Shown: in pieces, positions 16,905 to 25,976 of the stretch
How the letters are laid out: every line of letters starts with the position of its first letter
Position numbering within the stretch: the first letter of the stretch is position 1
NCBI GenBank assembly: GCA_035547155.1
Contig: DASZVJ010000133.1
Coordinates: forward strand, 135-64,134
DNA: 64,000 nucleotides
Reading direction: 5' to 3'
Source: Vicinamibacterales bacterium
GTDB taxonomy: Bacteria > Acidobacteriota > Vicinamibacteria > Vicinamibacterales > SCN-69-37
The notes under the pieces: model-generated
The model's input: only the letters and a program-made list of their open reading frames with translations
What the model was told of the DNA's origin: nothing
Database searches by the model: none
Program-made: the position numbers and the translations under genes

Positions 16905-17888
16905 TTATCGCCGATTGGCCATGGGCAGTGCTGCCCGCTCGTGCGCGATGACGCGGGTCAGGATTTCGTCCAGGCCGACCGTGGGCCGGTACCCGACGGC
17001 CTGCTGGATCTTGTCGAGCGAGGGCACACGGCGCGGCATGTCCTCGAATCCGGCCTCGTACGCCTCTTCGTACGGGATCAGCACGATCTCGGACCGGCTG
17101 CCGGTCATCGTCCGAATCCGCTCGGCCAGCGCGCGGATCGAAATCTCCTCGGTGTTGCCGATGTTGAAGACCTGGCCGATGGCCTTGGGCTCGGCGACGA
17201 GCCGCGTGAGGCCGTCGACGACGTCGCCGACGTAGGTGAACGATCGCGTCTGCGTGCCGTCGCCGTACACGGTGATGGGGGCGTCGGTCAGCGCCTGCCG
17301 GACGAACGTCGGAATGACCATCCCGTAGCGGCCCGTCTGCTTGGGCCCGACGGTGTTGAACAGGCGGACGACGATGACGGGCAGCTTGCGCTCGCGGTGA
17401 TAGGCGAGCGCGAGGAACTCGTCGATGGCCTTGCTGCACGCGTACGCCCAGCGATGCTTCGGCGTCGGGCCCATCACGAGATCGGCGTCCTCGCGGAACG
17501 GCACGTCGGTGCTCTTGCCGTAGACCTCGGACGTCGAAAAGATCACGACCGGTTTCTGCTTCTTGCTCGCGTGCGTCAGCACGACTTCGGTGCCGTGGAC
17601 GTTGGTTTCGATCGTCCGCACCGGGGCTTCGACGATCAGCTTGACGCCGACGGCCGCCGCGAGATGGAACACGACGTCCGCGCGATCGACGAGCTCCGCG
17701 GTAAGCGACGAGTTCATGATCGTCGCGATCACGTACTCGAATCCCGGCCGGCCCTTCAGGTGGACGATGTTGTCCATCGATCCCGTCGACAGGTCGTCGA
17801 TCACGATCACCTGATGGCCGTCGTCGAGCAGCCGTTCCGCCAGGTGCGATCCGACGAACCCGGCGCCGCCGGTGAGCAGAGCTTTCAT
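16905..17888 (-). CDS. NAD-dependent SDR epimerase/dehydratase, UDP-glucuronate decarboxylase (UXS / ArnA C-domain)-like
   Basis: 327 aa. MKALLTGGAGFVGSHL Rossmann motif. RWAYACSKAIDEF has the YxxxK catalytic motif and resembles the ArnA/UXS context. Confidence 0.85.
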   Translation of the reverse strand: MKALLTGGAGFVGSHLAERLLDDGHQVIVIDDLSTGSMDNIVHLKGRPGFEYVIATIMNSSLTAELVDRADVVFHLAAAVGVKLIVEAPVRTIETNVHGTEVVLTHASKKQKPVVIFSTSEVYGKSTDVPFREDADLVMGPTPKHRWAYACSKAIDEFLALAYHRERKLPVIVVRLFNTVGPKQTGRYGMVIPTFVRQALTDAPITVYGDGTQTRSFTYVGDVVDGLTRLVAEPKAIGQVFNIGNTEEISIRALAERIRTMTGSRSEIVLIPYEEAYEAGFEDMPRRVPSLDKIQQAVGYRPTVGLDEILTRVIAHERAALPMANRR

Positions 17889-17927
17889 CTCGAGGTCCTC
17901 GCTTCTCTCGTTACGTAGGCGCCGCGT

Positions 17928-19736
17928 CTACGATGTCGCGCGCGACAGAATCGCATCAGCGGCCCGCCGGGCGGCCTCGCCCGTCGCCCGCATCTCGTGC
18001 GCGTCCACGAAGGCCGCGGCCCGATCCCGCCAGCGATCGCGCGCCGCCCGATCATATAGGAGTGCTTCGAGCGCTGCGCCGAGGCTCGCGCGATCGGCGC
18101 CCATCATCACGCCGGCCTCCACGAACGGACTGAGATTGTTGGGGAGTCCGACGATGAGCGCCGGAATGCCCAGCACCATGGCGTCGACCGCCACGGTCGA
18201 GTTCATCGTCGCCACCGCGTCCGCGGCCGCCAGCAGGCGGCCGAGATCCGCATCGGCCTCGGCGATCGTGATGCGCGGCCGATCGCCGGCGACGTGCCGG
18301 TAGTCGTCGGCCCGATCGGCCGGATGCGGCTTGACGACGAGATGTGTCGACGCGTGCGCCGCGACCGCATCGAACAGCGCCGGCAGCTCCGCGTGGATCT
18401 CGCTGAATTTGGCCGCCAGGATCACGAGCGAGCCGGTGCCGGCCCCGAGCGTCTCGCGAAGACGCTCGCGCTCCGGCGCGAGCGCGCGCACGCGCGCCGC
18501 GAAGCCGTCGAGCCGCGGGCTGCCCGTGATCGCGATGGCCTCCGCCGGAAAGTGGCCGGCCGATCGAAGGTGCGACGCGGCGTAGCCGTCGAAGACGAGC
18601 GTCAGGTCGGGCCGCGGAAATCCGTGGTCGTCGCCGTCTGCGTGCATCTCGTTGGCTTCGTGGCGGTAGTTCAGCCAATGCCGATAGATGAACCCGTGCT
18701 GGAGGCCAACGGACGGGATGCCGCGGCGTCGCGCTTCGAGCATCAACGCGCGGCCCCATCCGCCGGCTTCGGCGTACGTGACGACCACGCGCGGCGACAA
18801 CGCGTCGAGCGCCGCGGCCGCTTCGTCCATGGCACGCGCGGACCATGTCCATTGCACGCGTGCGACGCGTGTGAGCTCCGGCTCGAGAATCGGCCAGAGA
18901 TCGCAGCCGCGATAGTCCGCCGCCGCGCGAATCGCCGGCCCGGCCGTGAGCGCGCGCGCCAGCGCGTCGCGCTTCCGCCAGAGATCGAGCGCGCCCGTGA
19001 GGGCACGACGTGGCGCGAGCTGTTCGATGGCCACGATGCGCGGACCGGCGCTGGCGGCCGTCAGCGGATCCCACCAGCGTCGCGCGCGGAACTGGCGCCG
19101 CGGGCCGACGCCGACGCACGTGAGCTCCTCCCGGCCTGCGCGATCGGCGAGTGCGGCGAGCACTGGGCCAACGTAATGTTCCTGATTCGCGTCGTCTGCT
19201 GCCGGCCGCCAGAACGCCGTGTGCACGAACGCCGCGACGCCGCCTCGGCGTATCGAGCGCTCGCGCGGCGCCGGCTTCAATCGCGACAGATAGGCCGTGG
19301 CGCCGACGAGCCATCCGGCCCACGGCGACTCCTGCGATGGCTGCGACGGCATCTCGATCTCGCCGATCGGCACGGTCCGCGACCGGCCGAATGCGCGCGC
19401 CGCGGCGCGGACGGTGGCATCGCGCGTGGCGATCTCCAGACGCGCCGGTTCCAGCGCGGCGCACGCGGCGTCGAGCGCGAGCACCGTACGGATCGCGACG
19501 TCGAGGCGCCGCATCTTGTGCAGATACAGCTCGGTGAACCACCACAACGAGTCGCCGCGATACGTGAATCGCCGGCGCATCGGGACGTCGTCGAATGGCA
19601 CGAGGCGAAGGCGCTTGATCGCACGATAGGCGTCCTCGTGCGCGAGCTCGCGCAGATCCGGCGAGAGCCAGTCCGCGAGCGGGCGCGACGATCGCGCGCC
19701 TGTCGCGCCGACGCAGGTGAGCGTGCCGTCGATCAT
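17928..19736 (-). CDS. Soluble uncharacterised protein with GT-B-like C-terminal half (capsule/surface carbohydrate biosynthesis-like)
   Basis: Start at the ATG at 19736 (MIDGTLTC…) in an ATGA overlap with the GT9 stop. The track ORF extension to 20504 is out of frame with the GT9 gene. C-terminal LVVKPHP…AVATMNSTVAVDAMVLGIPALIVG resembles a GT-B nucleotide-sugar binding half. Confidence 0.6.
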   Translation of the reverse strand: MIDGTLTCVGATGARSSRPLADWLSPDLRELAHEDAYRAIKRLRLVPFDDVPMRRRFTYRGDSLWWFTELYLHKMRRLDVAIRTVLALDAACAALEPARLEIATRDATVRAAARAFGRSRTVPIGEIEMPSQPSQESPWAGWLVGATAYLSRLKPAPRERSIRRGGVAAFVHTAFWRPAADDANQEHYVGPVLAALADRAGREELTCVGVGPRRQFRARRWWDPLTAASAGPRIVAIEQLAPRRALTGALDLWRKRDALARALTAGPAIRAAADYRGCDLWPILEPELTRVARVQWTWSARAMDEAAAALDALSPRVVVTYAEAGGWGRALMLEARRRGIPSVGLQHGFIYRHWLNYRHEANEMHADGDDHGFPRPDLTLVFDGYAASHLRSAGHFPAEAIAITGSPRLDGFAARVRALAPERERLRETLGAGTGSLVILAAKFSEIHAELPALFDAVAAHASTHLVVKPHPADRADDYRHVAGDRPRITIAEADADLGRLLAAADAVATMNSTVAVDAMVLGIPALIVGLPNNLSPFVEAGVMMGADRASLGAALEALLYDRAARDRWRDRAAAFVDAHEMRATGEAARRAADAILSRATS

Positions 19737-20959
19737 GCGCGCTCCCGTCCGCCCGCGGCCGCGCGAGCGTCCAGCGCGTCCAGCGCACGCGCGACGACCG
19801 CGTCGACGCTGATGCCGTCCATGCAGTCCGGCACGTGGCCGCGGCAGCGCACAGGCGGCAGGCGGACTTGCCCGCAGGGGCTGCAGGGCAAGTCGACGCG
19901 GACAATGCGCTCGATCGCCGCGCGCGGGCCGTAGCGTTTCGGATCGGATGGGCCAAAGAGCGCGACGACCGGCGTCCGCATGGCCGCCGCCAGATGCATC
20001 GGTCCCGTGTCGCTCGTGATGAAGACGTCGAGCTGCTCGAGGAGCGCCGCCAGCGACGGCAGATCGAGCGCGCCATCCGCACGAATGACCAGCACACCAT
20101 CGAGCGCTGACGCGACCTCGTCGACCATCGCTCGATCGGTCGGACTGCCGGTCAACACGATCGTCGCGCCGCGTTCCGCGGCGAGACGCCGCGCTACGGC
20201 AGCAAAGCGATCGAGATGCCACTGCTTCGACAGACGACCGCCGCTGGCATGGACGCCGACGAGCGGCCGCGACGCACCAGCGACCAGATTCGCCGCGCGC
20301 GTCGTCGCGTCGACTGCGGGCATCAGCGCCGCCGAGGCGGGCCGTACATCGGTGGGCTCGTGAACGCGACCGGCCGCGTAGGCGATGAGCGCGCGCGCGT
20401 TGGTGGCGACATGGTGCGACGGCTCGTACGCGAGGGCCTCGGTGAGGAACGCGCCGCCGCCGCCCGTGCCGTATCCGACGCGCGCAGGCGCGCGGGTCAG
20501 CCAAGTCAGGAAATTGCTGCGGATGTCCGGCTCGAAGTTGACGACGAGATCGTAGCCGCGCGTGCGCCAGCGTCTCGCGGTCGTGATGAGATGCGGCCAG
20601 GACGCCGCGCTGCCGCGCGCCAGCCAGGGCGCGTCGGCCACGAGGACGTTCGACACGCCGGGAATCAGCCGCGCGATTGGCTCGTTCCAGGATCCGACGG
20701 CGAGATCGATCTGCGCATCGGGCCAGTCGGCCTGCGCGTCGCGGATCGCATCGATCGCCATCAGGAGATCGCCGATCCGTTCGAGGCGCAACAGCAGGAC
20801 GCGACGGGTCGCCCGTGGCGCGGCGCGCGGCAGCCAGCGCAGCGGCGCGAGCAGGGTATCGGCCGTACGCACGAGCGCGCGCTCGCGTCCGTCGTAGATC
20901 TGGAGATCGTGCGCCATGACCGGATGTTCAGGCGCCACTCGCGCGCGCGCGACCCGCAC
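19733..20959 (-). CDS. GT9 family glycosyltransferase (ADP-heptose:LPS heptosyltransferase-like)
   Basis: VLLLRLERIGDLLM…GVHASGGRLSKQW…ITSDTGPMHLAAAMRTPVVALFGPSDP are classic GT9 motifs. The start is either the GTG at 20959 or the ATG at 20917. Confidence 0.8.
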   Translation of the reverse strand: MRVARARVAPEHPVMAHDLQIYDGRERALVRTADTLLAPLRWLPRAAPRATRRVLLLRLERIGDLLMAIDAIRDAQADWPDAQIDLAVGSWNEPIARLIPGVSNVLVADAPWLARGSAASWPHLITTARRWRTRGYDLVVNFEPDIRSNFLTWLTRAPARVGYGTGGGGAFLTEALAYEPSHHVATNARALIAYAAGRVHEPTDVRPASAALMPAVDATTRAANLVAGASRPLVGVHASGGRLSKQWHLDRFAAVARRLAAERGATIVLTGSPTDRAMVDEVASALDGVLVIRADGALDLPSLAALLEQLDVFITSDTGPMHLAAAMRTPVVALFGPSDPKRYGPRAAIERIVRVDLPCSPCGQVRLPPVRCRGHVPDCMDGISVDAVVARALDALDARAAAGGRERA

Positions 20960-20971
20960 AATCCATCCGGC

Positions 20972-22357
20972 CTAGGACAGCCATCGCCCGAGCAGACGGA
21001 ACGGCACGACGAAGCGGGTGAGCCACATGTCGAGCCAGCCGTGCGGATACGGCGCGATCGTGCGCAGCCCTTTCATGAACAGCTCGTACTGTAGCAGCAG
21101 CAGGCCGTTCGCCATGAGCAGGATGGCGACGACGACGAGCCGAACAGGCGGCAGGCGACCCTTGCCGCCGGGATCCAGCCACGCCGACAGGCCAAGCGCG
21201 AAGAGCGGGAACAGCGACAGGAATCGCCGGGCCCCGAATGCTTCGCCGGCCCACCAGTCGGCGACCGCGCCGTTCGCGTACCACGAGGCGATCACGACGA
21301 TCGCGACCGGCAGGGCGAGCGCGCGCTCGCGCCGCACGATCGCAAGGACGCCGAGCAGGGCTGGCACGAGCATCGGTGCCCACGTGAACAGGCCGTGGTT
21401 GTCGGAGAACAGCACGTCGATCAGATGTGGTGCCGTCCACTGCATGAACGACGGGCCTTGCGGCATGGCGAGGGGCCGGCCGTAGAGCACGGTCCACACG
21501 GCCATTTGCGGCGAGAACGCCGCGAAGAAGCCGGCGGCGACGAGCACGGCGCCGGCGAGGCGGCGGCCGATCGGCGCGCGCCATCGCATCGTCTCGAGAC
21601 ACGGCACCGCGATGAAGATCGCATCCTGCCAGCGCATCAGCGCGCACAGACCTGCCAGTGCGCCCAGGCCGAGCAGCCGGCGCAAATCGAGCCGCTCGCG
21701 CCATCGTAGCCACGCGGCGAAGAAGATCGCGGACGTGAGCATCGACGGCGCGTGCGAGTACGACGGCGAGACCAGCGTGTAGTACAGCGCGTGCGATCCG
21801 AGCCACACGCCGAAGACGCCGATCGTGGCGGCGGACGCGGCGGTCCGCGTGCGAGCCATGCGCCACGACAGCCACGCGGCACCCGTCGCGGCCGTGATGC
21901 CCATCACGCCCGGCACGAGCTGCAGCGATCGCCCGAAGCCATCCGGCGCCGGCGCGAGGCCCGCGAGGCTCAACAGCCATTGGCCGCCGGCGATGGCGAG
22001 GTACAGCGGTGCCCAGAGCAGCGCGGGGCCGATCGGCATGTAGTTACGGACGTGTCCGGTCGCGGTGAGCTCGGTGAAGATCCATTCCGTGCCGGGCTCT
22101 TCGCCGCGCAACCCGTACAAGCGGACGTACTCGTTGCGGAAATCGAGATCGCGATCGAAGACGAGCGAACGCAGCTGTACGAAATGATGCGTCGCGTCGC
22201 CGATGACGATACGCCCGTCGGGCTTGCGCAGAATCATCGCCGCCGCAAGATATGCAGCAAGCAGCACCAGGCCGGTGGTGACGATGAGGCGGCCGGTGTG
22301 GAGCGTGAATCGATCGATGGCAGCGGCGCGCGCGCGCCAGGCATCCGGAACGATCAT
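20972..22357 (-). CDS. Polytopic membrane protein, putative GT-C-like / polymerase-like
   Basis: 461 aa. TM1 is followed by the loop GDATHHFVQLRSLVFDRDLDFRNEY, then about 10 hydrophobic helices. Confidence 0.65.
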   Translation of the reverse strand: MIVPDAWRARAAAIDRFTLHTGRLIVTTGLVLLAAYLAAAMILRKPDGRIVIGDATHHFVQLRSLVFDRDLDFRNEYVRLYGLRGEEPGTEWIFTELTATGHVRNYMPIGPALLWAPLYLAIAGGQWLLSLAGLAPAPDGFGRSLQLVPGVMGITAATGAAWLSWRMARTRTAASAATIGVFGVWLGSHALYYTLVSPSYSHAPSMLTSAIFFAAWLRWRERLDLRRLLGLGALAGLCALMRWQDAIFIAVPCLETMRWRAPIGRRLAGAVLVAAGFFAAFSPQMAVWTVLYGRPLAMPQGPSFMQWTAPHLIDVLFSDNHGLFTWAPMLVPALLGVLAIVRRERALALPVAIVVIASWYANGAVADWWAGEAFGARRFLSLFPLFALGLSAWLDPGGKGRLPPVRLVVVAILLMANGLLLLQYELFMKGLRTIAPYPHGWLDMWLTRFVVPFRLLGRWLS

Positions 22358-22375
22358 CGGGCGTCGGTCGCGATG

Positions 22376-24868
22376 TTACCGGACTTCGACGCGCGTGAGC
22401 ATCACGCCGAGCTCGCGCGTGTCGTTGACGCCCAGGAGCGCCGACGGGCTCCACGTCGGCACGCGCAGACGCAGACGCGCAGGATCCGTGCGCGCGGCCG
22501 CGCGCGCCGCGAGCGCCGGCGGCAGCGCGAAGGTGTACGGCTGCACATTGTCGACCGGCGTGGCTGTCCCCAGAACGTGATCGTCCAGCGCGACTTCGAC
22601 GACCGGTGCCGGCGCCTGGGACGGGCGCCCGCCCGAGCTCATCCACACGACGATTTGGGTCGCCGTCGCCGGGATGCCCGGCAGCGCGACGAACGACTGT
22701 CCCGTCGTCCAGCGGTAGCGAAGGCCATCGGATCGCTGCTCGCGCGCGTGGAAACGCACGACGTTCAGATCGTCGAGCGCGCCGATTTGCAGATCGATCG
22801 TCGCCGATTGGGCCTGCGCCGCCGGCACGAGACGATAGAGTCCGTACTCGAGCTCCTTTCTCCGCACGCCCGATGGATACGCGTTGATCGGTGCGTCGTA
22901 CTCGTCCACCTGGAAACGATCGCTGGCGACGGGCACGGCGTTCAGATTGCGGCTCAGCAGATCGGTGCCGCCGCCGCCGAGAAAGTAGATCGTCGCGTAC
23001 TTCGTGCGCGCCCAGTCGACGAACGCCTCGAGCGTATCCTTCGGCGGGACGGCCGAGTCGAGCACGAGCACGTGGCGTGCGTAGATGTACGCGAGCGGCG
23101 GGGCGAGCACGTGGAGATCCGATCCGGCATTGCGCGACTCGACGAGCACGAGATCGCGGTCGCCGAACCTGCCGGCGAGCTGCTCGAGCTTCGGAATCAA
23201 TCCGGCGTATTCGACGTGATGACGGACCGGCGTGGCCGCGCGCCAGAACGTCACGCCGATCGGCACGGCGATCGCGGCCACGACGATCCCGGATACGACG
23301 GTGGCTGTGCGTGCCTGACGCCTGACGACGAGCATGACCAGCGCCGCGACGCCAGCCATCGCGAGCACGAGCGCGCCCGGCAGCGCGATGGGGAGAAACC
23401 GGCGCGCCGTCCAGAAGTGCTCGGCGACGATGCGTGTCTTGTAGAAGAAGAAGATGCTGAACGTGAGGAACGTCAGGAAGAACGGCGGATCGCGCCAGAA
23501 CTGCCGCGCGATCACGAGCACCGCGCCCGCGACGGCCAGCGCCAGCACTGGCGGCGTCAGATACCACCCGAACGATCGGAACGCGATCGCGTCGCCGAGT
23601 GCCGTACGGCCTCCAGCGTGCCGGAAGAAATAGGCATAGATCGCAAGCATTGCGACGATGAGGGCGAGTGCCGGCGGCAGCCAGCGGCGGATGAGCGTTT
23701 GCATCGCCGGCCACGTCATCACGCGATGTGCGATCACGGCGGCGAGCACGCCGGCGGCCCCGAGAAGCCATCCATGGTGATCGCTGACGAACGCCAGCGG
23801 ATATGCGAAGTACGCGCGCATCGGCCCGGCGAGATACCAGAGCCCCAGCGCGCTCGTGACGGCGAACGCGATGCGAAACGGCCAGCCGAGGCGATCGCGC
23901 GTGACGGGCGCGACCACGCCCGCCGCGGCAAACGCCGCGAACGCGATCAGCATCTCGTAGCGCACGAACAAGGCGACGCCCAGGAGCGATCCGGCGACGA
24001 TCCCGAAGAAGACGCGGCCGCCGTCGCGTGCGCGTCCGGCCGCGAGCAGCGCGGCGAAGAGCAGCGTCTGCATCGCCATCTCGCTGTTCGGATAGCGGCC
24101 GAACCAGACCTCGATGACGTTCAGCGACAGCAGGACGGCCGCGGCTGCGCCGGCCATCGCGCCGAACAGCCGTCGTCCCGTGAGAAAGACCGCGACGAGC
24201 CCGAAGATCGTCCAGACGCCAATCGCCTGCCGCGCGCCGCTGAGCCCGTTGAAGTCATAGCCGATCGCGATCGACGCCGGATAGACGTGCTGGAACTGGC
24301 CGACGACGCGGCCGTCATCGGGATTCTGGATGAAGAATCCCATGAAGCGCAGGCCGTAGTACGTCGACTGGTGGTGTGAGGGAAAAAAGAGATCGCGGAA
24401 CTGATTCGGCACGGACGAGACGTCCGGATCGCGAACGAGAATCTCGCCGCGTTGCGCGATCTGTACGCCTTCATTGATGTACGTGCCGGGATCCTTGCCG
24501 CCGATGATGTATTCGGATGGCGGAAAGTACAGCCACGCGCCGCACGCGATGAGCAGAATCGGCACGAGCGCCGTTGCGTCGGGGCGCCGCGCGCGCGTTG
24601 CGTAGCGCAGTCTGCCGCGGAAGAGCCCGAGCAGGACGAGGCAGATCGCGCCGTCGATGATCGCGAGTCGTTCCAGGCTGTAGCGGCCGAGGAGCGCAAG
24701 CGCGATGACCGCCATCAGCGACCATGTCGCGCTGAGCGTGATCGCCCAGAACGCGCGTTCTTCGACGGTGAGATTGGCGCGGAATGCTTGTGACGTGCCG
24801 GGCACGCGATACAGCAGCGCGCCGGGCAGATAGCCGATCACGCACGCCTGGAGGACGAGCGCGAGCAT
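22376..24868 (-). CDS. Very large polytopic membrane protein (GT-C-like N-terminal about 580 aa) with C-terminal extracytoplasmic domain of about 250 aa
   Basis: Start at the ATG at 24868 (MLALVLQACVIGYLPGALLY…), a 1-nt overlap with the DegT stop. The track extension to 25237 runs through the DegT gene in another frame. Loop motif GGKDPGTYINEGVQIAQRG. C-terminal beta-rich segment …QFQVDEYDAPINAYPSGV…VVWMSSGGRP…. Confidence 0.7.
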   Translation of the reverse strand: MLALVLQACVIGYLPGALLYRVPGTSQAFRANLTVEERAFWAITLSATWSLMAVIALALLGRYSLERLAIIDGAICLVLLGLFRGRLRYATRARRPDATALVPILLIACGAWLYFPPSEYIIGGKDPGTYINEGVQIAQRGEILVRDPDVSSVPNQFRDLFFPSHHQSTYYGLRFMGFFIQNPDDGRVVGQFQHVYPASIAIGYDFNGLSGARQAIGVWTIFGLVAVFLTGRRLFGAMAGAAAAVLLSLNVIEVWFGRYPNSEMAMQTLLFAALLAAGRARDGGRVFFGIVAGSLLGVALFVRYEMLIAFAAFAAAGVVAPVTRDRLGWPFRIAFAVTSALGLWYLAGPMRAYFAYPLAFVSDHHGWLLGAAGVLAAVIAHRVMTWPAMQTLIRRWLPPALALIVAMLAIYAYFFRHAGGRTALGDAIAFRSFGWYLTPPVLALAVAGAVLVIARQFWRDPPFFLTFLTFSIFFFYKTRIVAEHFWTARRFLPIALPGALVLAMAGVAALVMLVVRRQARTATVVSGIVVAAIAVPIGVTFWRAATPVRHHVEYAGLIPKLEQLAGRFGDRDLVLVESRNAGSDLHVLAPPLAYIYARHVLVLDSAVPPKDTLEAFVDWARTKYATIYFLGGGGTDLLSRNLNAVPVASDRFQVDEYDAPINAYPSGVRRKELEYGLYRLVPAAQAQSATIDLQIGALDDLNVVRFHAREQRSDGLRYRWTTGQSFVALPGIPATATQIVVWMSSGGRPSQAPAPVVEVALDDHVLGTATPVDNVQPYTFALPPALAARAAARTDPARLRLRVPTWSPSALLGVNDTRELGVMLTRVEVR

Positions 24869-25974
24869 CAGTGTGCGATCCGCGCCTCGCTCGGACGCCA
24901 CGCCCGCGCCGCGGCGGCGACGCGATCGGCATCGTCGTTCGACAGATGTGGGTGCAACGGCAGCGAGCAGATCTCGCGGCAAACGCGATCGGCGACTGGA
25001 CACGACGACGGCGGCTCGGCTGCGAATGCGAGTTGCCTCGGGATCGGGATCGGATAGTGAATCAGCGAGCCGATGCCTTGCGAGGCGAGGTGCGTCATGA
25101 ACGCGTCGCGATCCGAGGCGCGCACGGGAAACAAATGATAGGCGTGGCCGGGATCGTGCTCGCCGGGCACCGAGATCGCCGCATCCGCCAATTGCGCGCG
25201 GTACCGGCGTCCGAGCTCGCGTCGGCGCGCCGTCCACGCGGGCAGCCGCTGCAGCCTCGCGCGCAGAATCGCGGCCTGCATCTCGTCGAGCCGGCTGTTC
25301 ACGCCGAACTCCGGATGGTGGTAGCGATCGGTTTGTCCGCCATTGCGCAGCCGCTTGAGACGATCGGCGAGGCTCGCGTCGTTGGTGAGCGCCGCGCCGG
25401 CGTCGCCGAGGGCGCCGAGATTCTTCGTCGGGTAGAAGCTGAACGCGCCGGCCGCACCGATCGTGCCGACGGGACGCCCCTCACACGTGGCGAGATGCGC
25501 CTGACACGCGTCTTCGACGAGGACGAGATCGTGCCGGCTCGCGATCGCGCCGAGCCGCGTGAGATCCGCCGCCTGTCCGTATAGATGGACCGGCAGGACC
25601 GCGGCGGTGCGCGGCGTGATGGCGGCTTCGACCGCCGCCGGATCGATCGTCAACCGATCCGGATCGATGTCGGCGAACACCGGCGTCGCGCCCGCCATCA
25701 GAATCGCGAGCGCCGAGAACGCGGCGGAGAGCGGCGTCGTGATGACTTCGTCGCCCGGTCCGATGCCGAGCGCACGCAGCGTCAACGCAATCGCGTCGGT
25801 GCCGTTGCCGACGCCGACGGCGTGACGGGCGCCGGATGCGGCGGCGAATTCGGCCTCGAACGCCTCGAGCTCAGGGCCGAGGATGAACCAGCCGCGGGTC
25901 AGGACGCGATCGATCGCCGCGCGAATCTCGGAGGCATCTTCGCCCGGCGTCAGCGACATGAACGGAACGCGCAC
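24868..25974 (-). CDS. DegT/DnrJ/EryC1/StrS (ArnB-like) PLP-dependent sugar aminotransferase
   Basis: Start assigned to the GTG at 25974 (M/VRVPFMSLTP…), 2 nt after the upstream stop. Motifs GNGTDAIALTL and SFYPTKNLGALGDAG (PLP-Lys motif). Confidence 0.9.
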   Translation of the reverse strand: MRVPFMSLTPGEDASEIRAAIDRVLTRGWFILGPELEAFEAEFAAASGARHAVGVGNGTDAIALTLRALGIGPGDEVITTPLSAAFSALAILMAGATPVFADIDPDRLTIDPAAVEAAITPRTAAVLPVHLYGQAADLTRLGAIASRHDLVLVEDACQAHLATCEGRPVGTIGAAGAFSFYPTKNLGALGDAGAALTNDASLADRLKRLRNGGQTDRYHHPEFGVNSRLDEMQAAILRARLQRLPAWTARRRELGRRYRAQLADAAISVPGEHDPGHAYHLFPVRASDRDAFMTHLASQGIGSLIHYPIPIPRQLAFAAEPPSSCPVADRVCREICSLPLHPHLSNDDADRVAAAARAWRPSEARIAH

Positions 25975-25976
25975 GG

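Noticed and set aside
19737-20504. N-terminal extension of the track ORF 17928-20504. Equivalent 5' extensions were rejected at 22376-25237, 24868-26268, 25977-27194, 11868-13832, 15121-16275, 36832-39348, 43928-45778 and 33042-34271.
   Set aside because: The extensions overlap the upstream, clearly real gene in another frame and are Arg/Ala/Cys-rich. Internal starts sit at canonical overlap or short-gap positions and give sensible N-termini.
21752-24379. 875-aa plus-strand ORF
   Set aside because: It is antisense to two polytopic membrane-protein genes. It has an extreme Arg/Asp/Glu composition and no hydrophobic or catalytic signatures.
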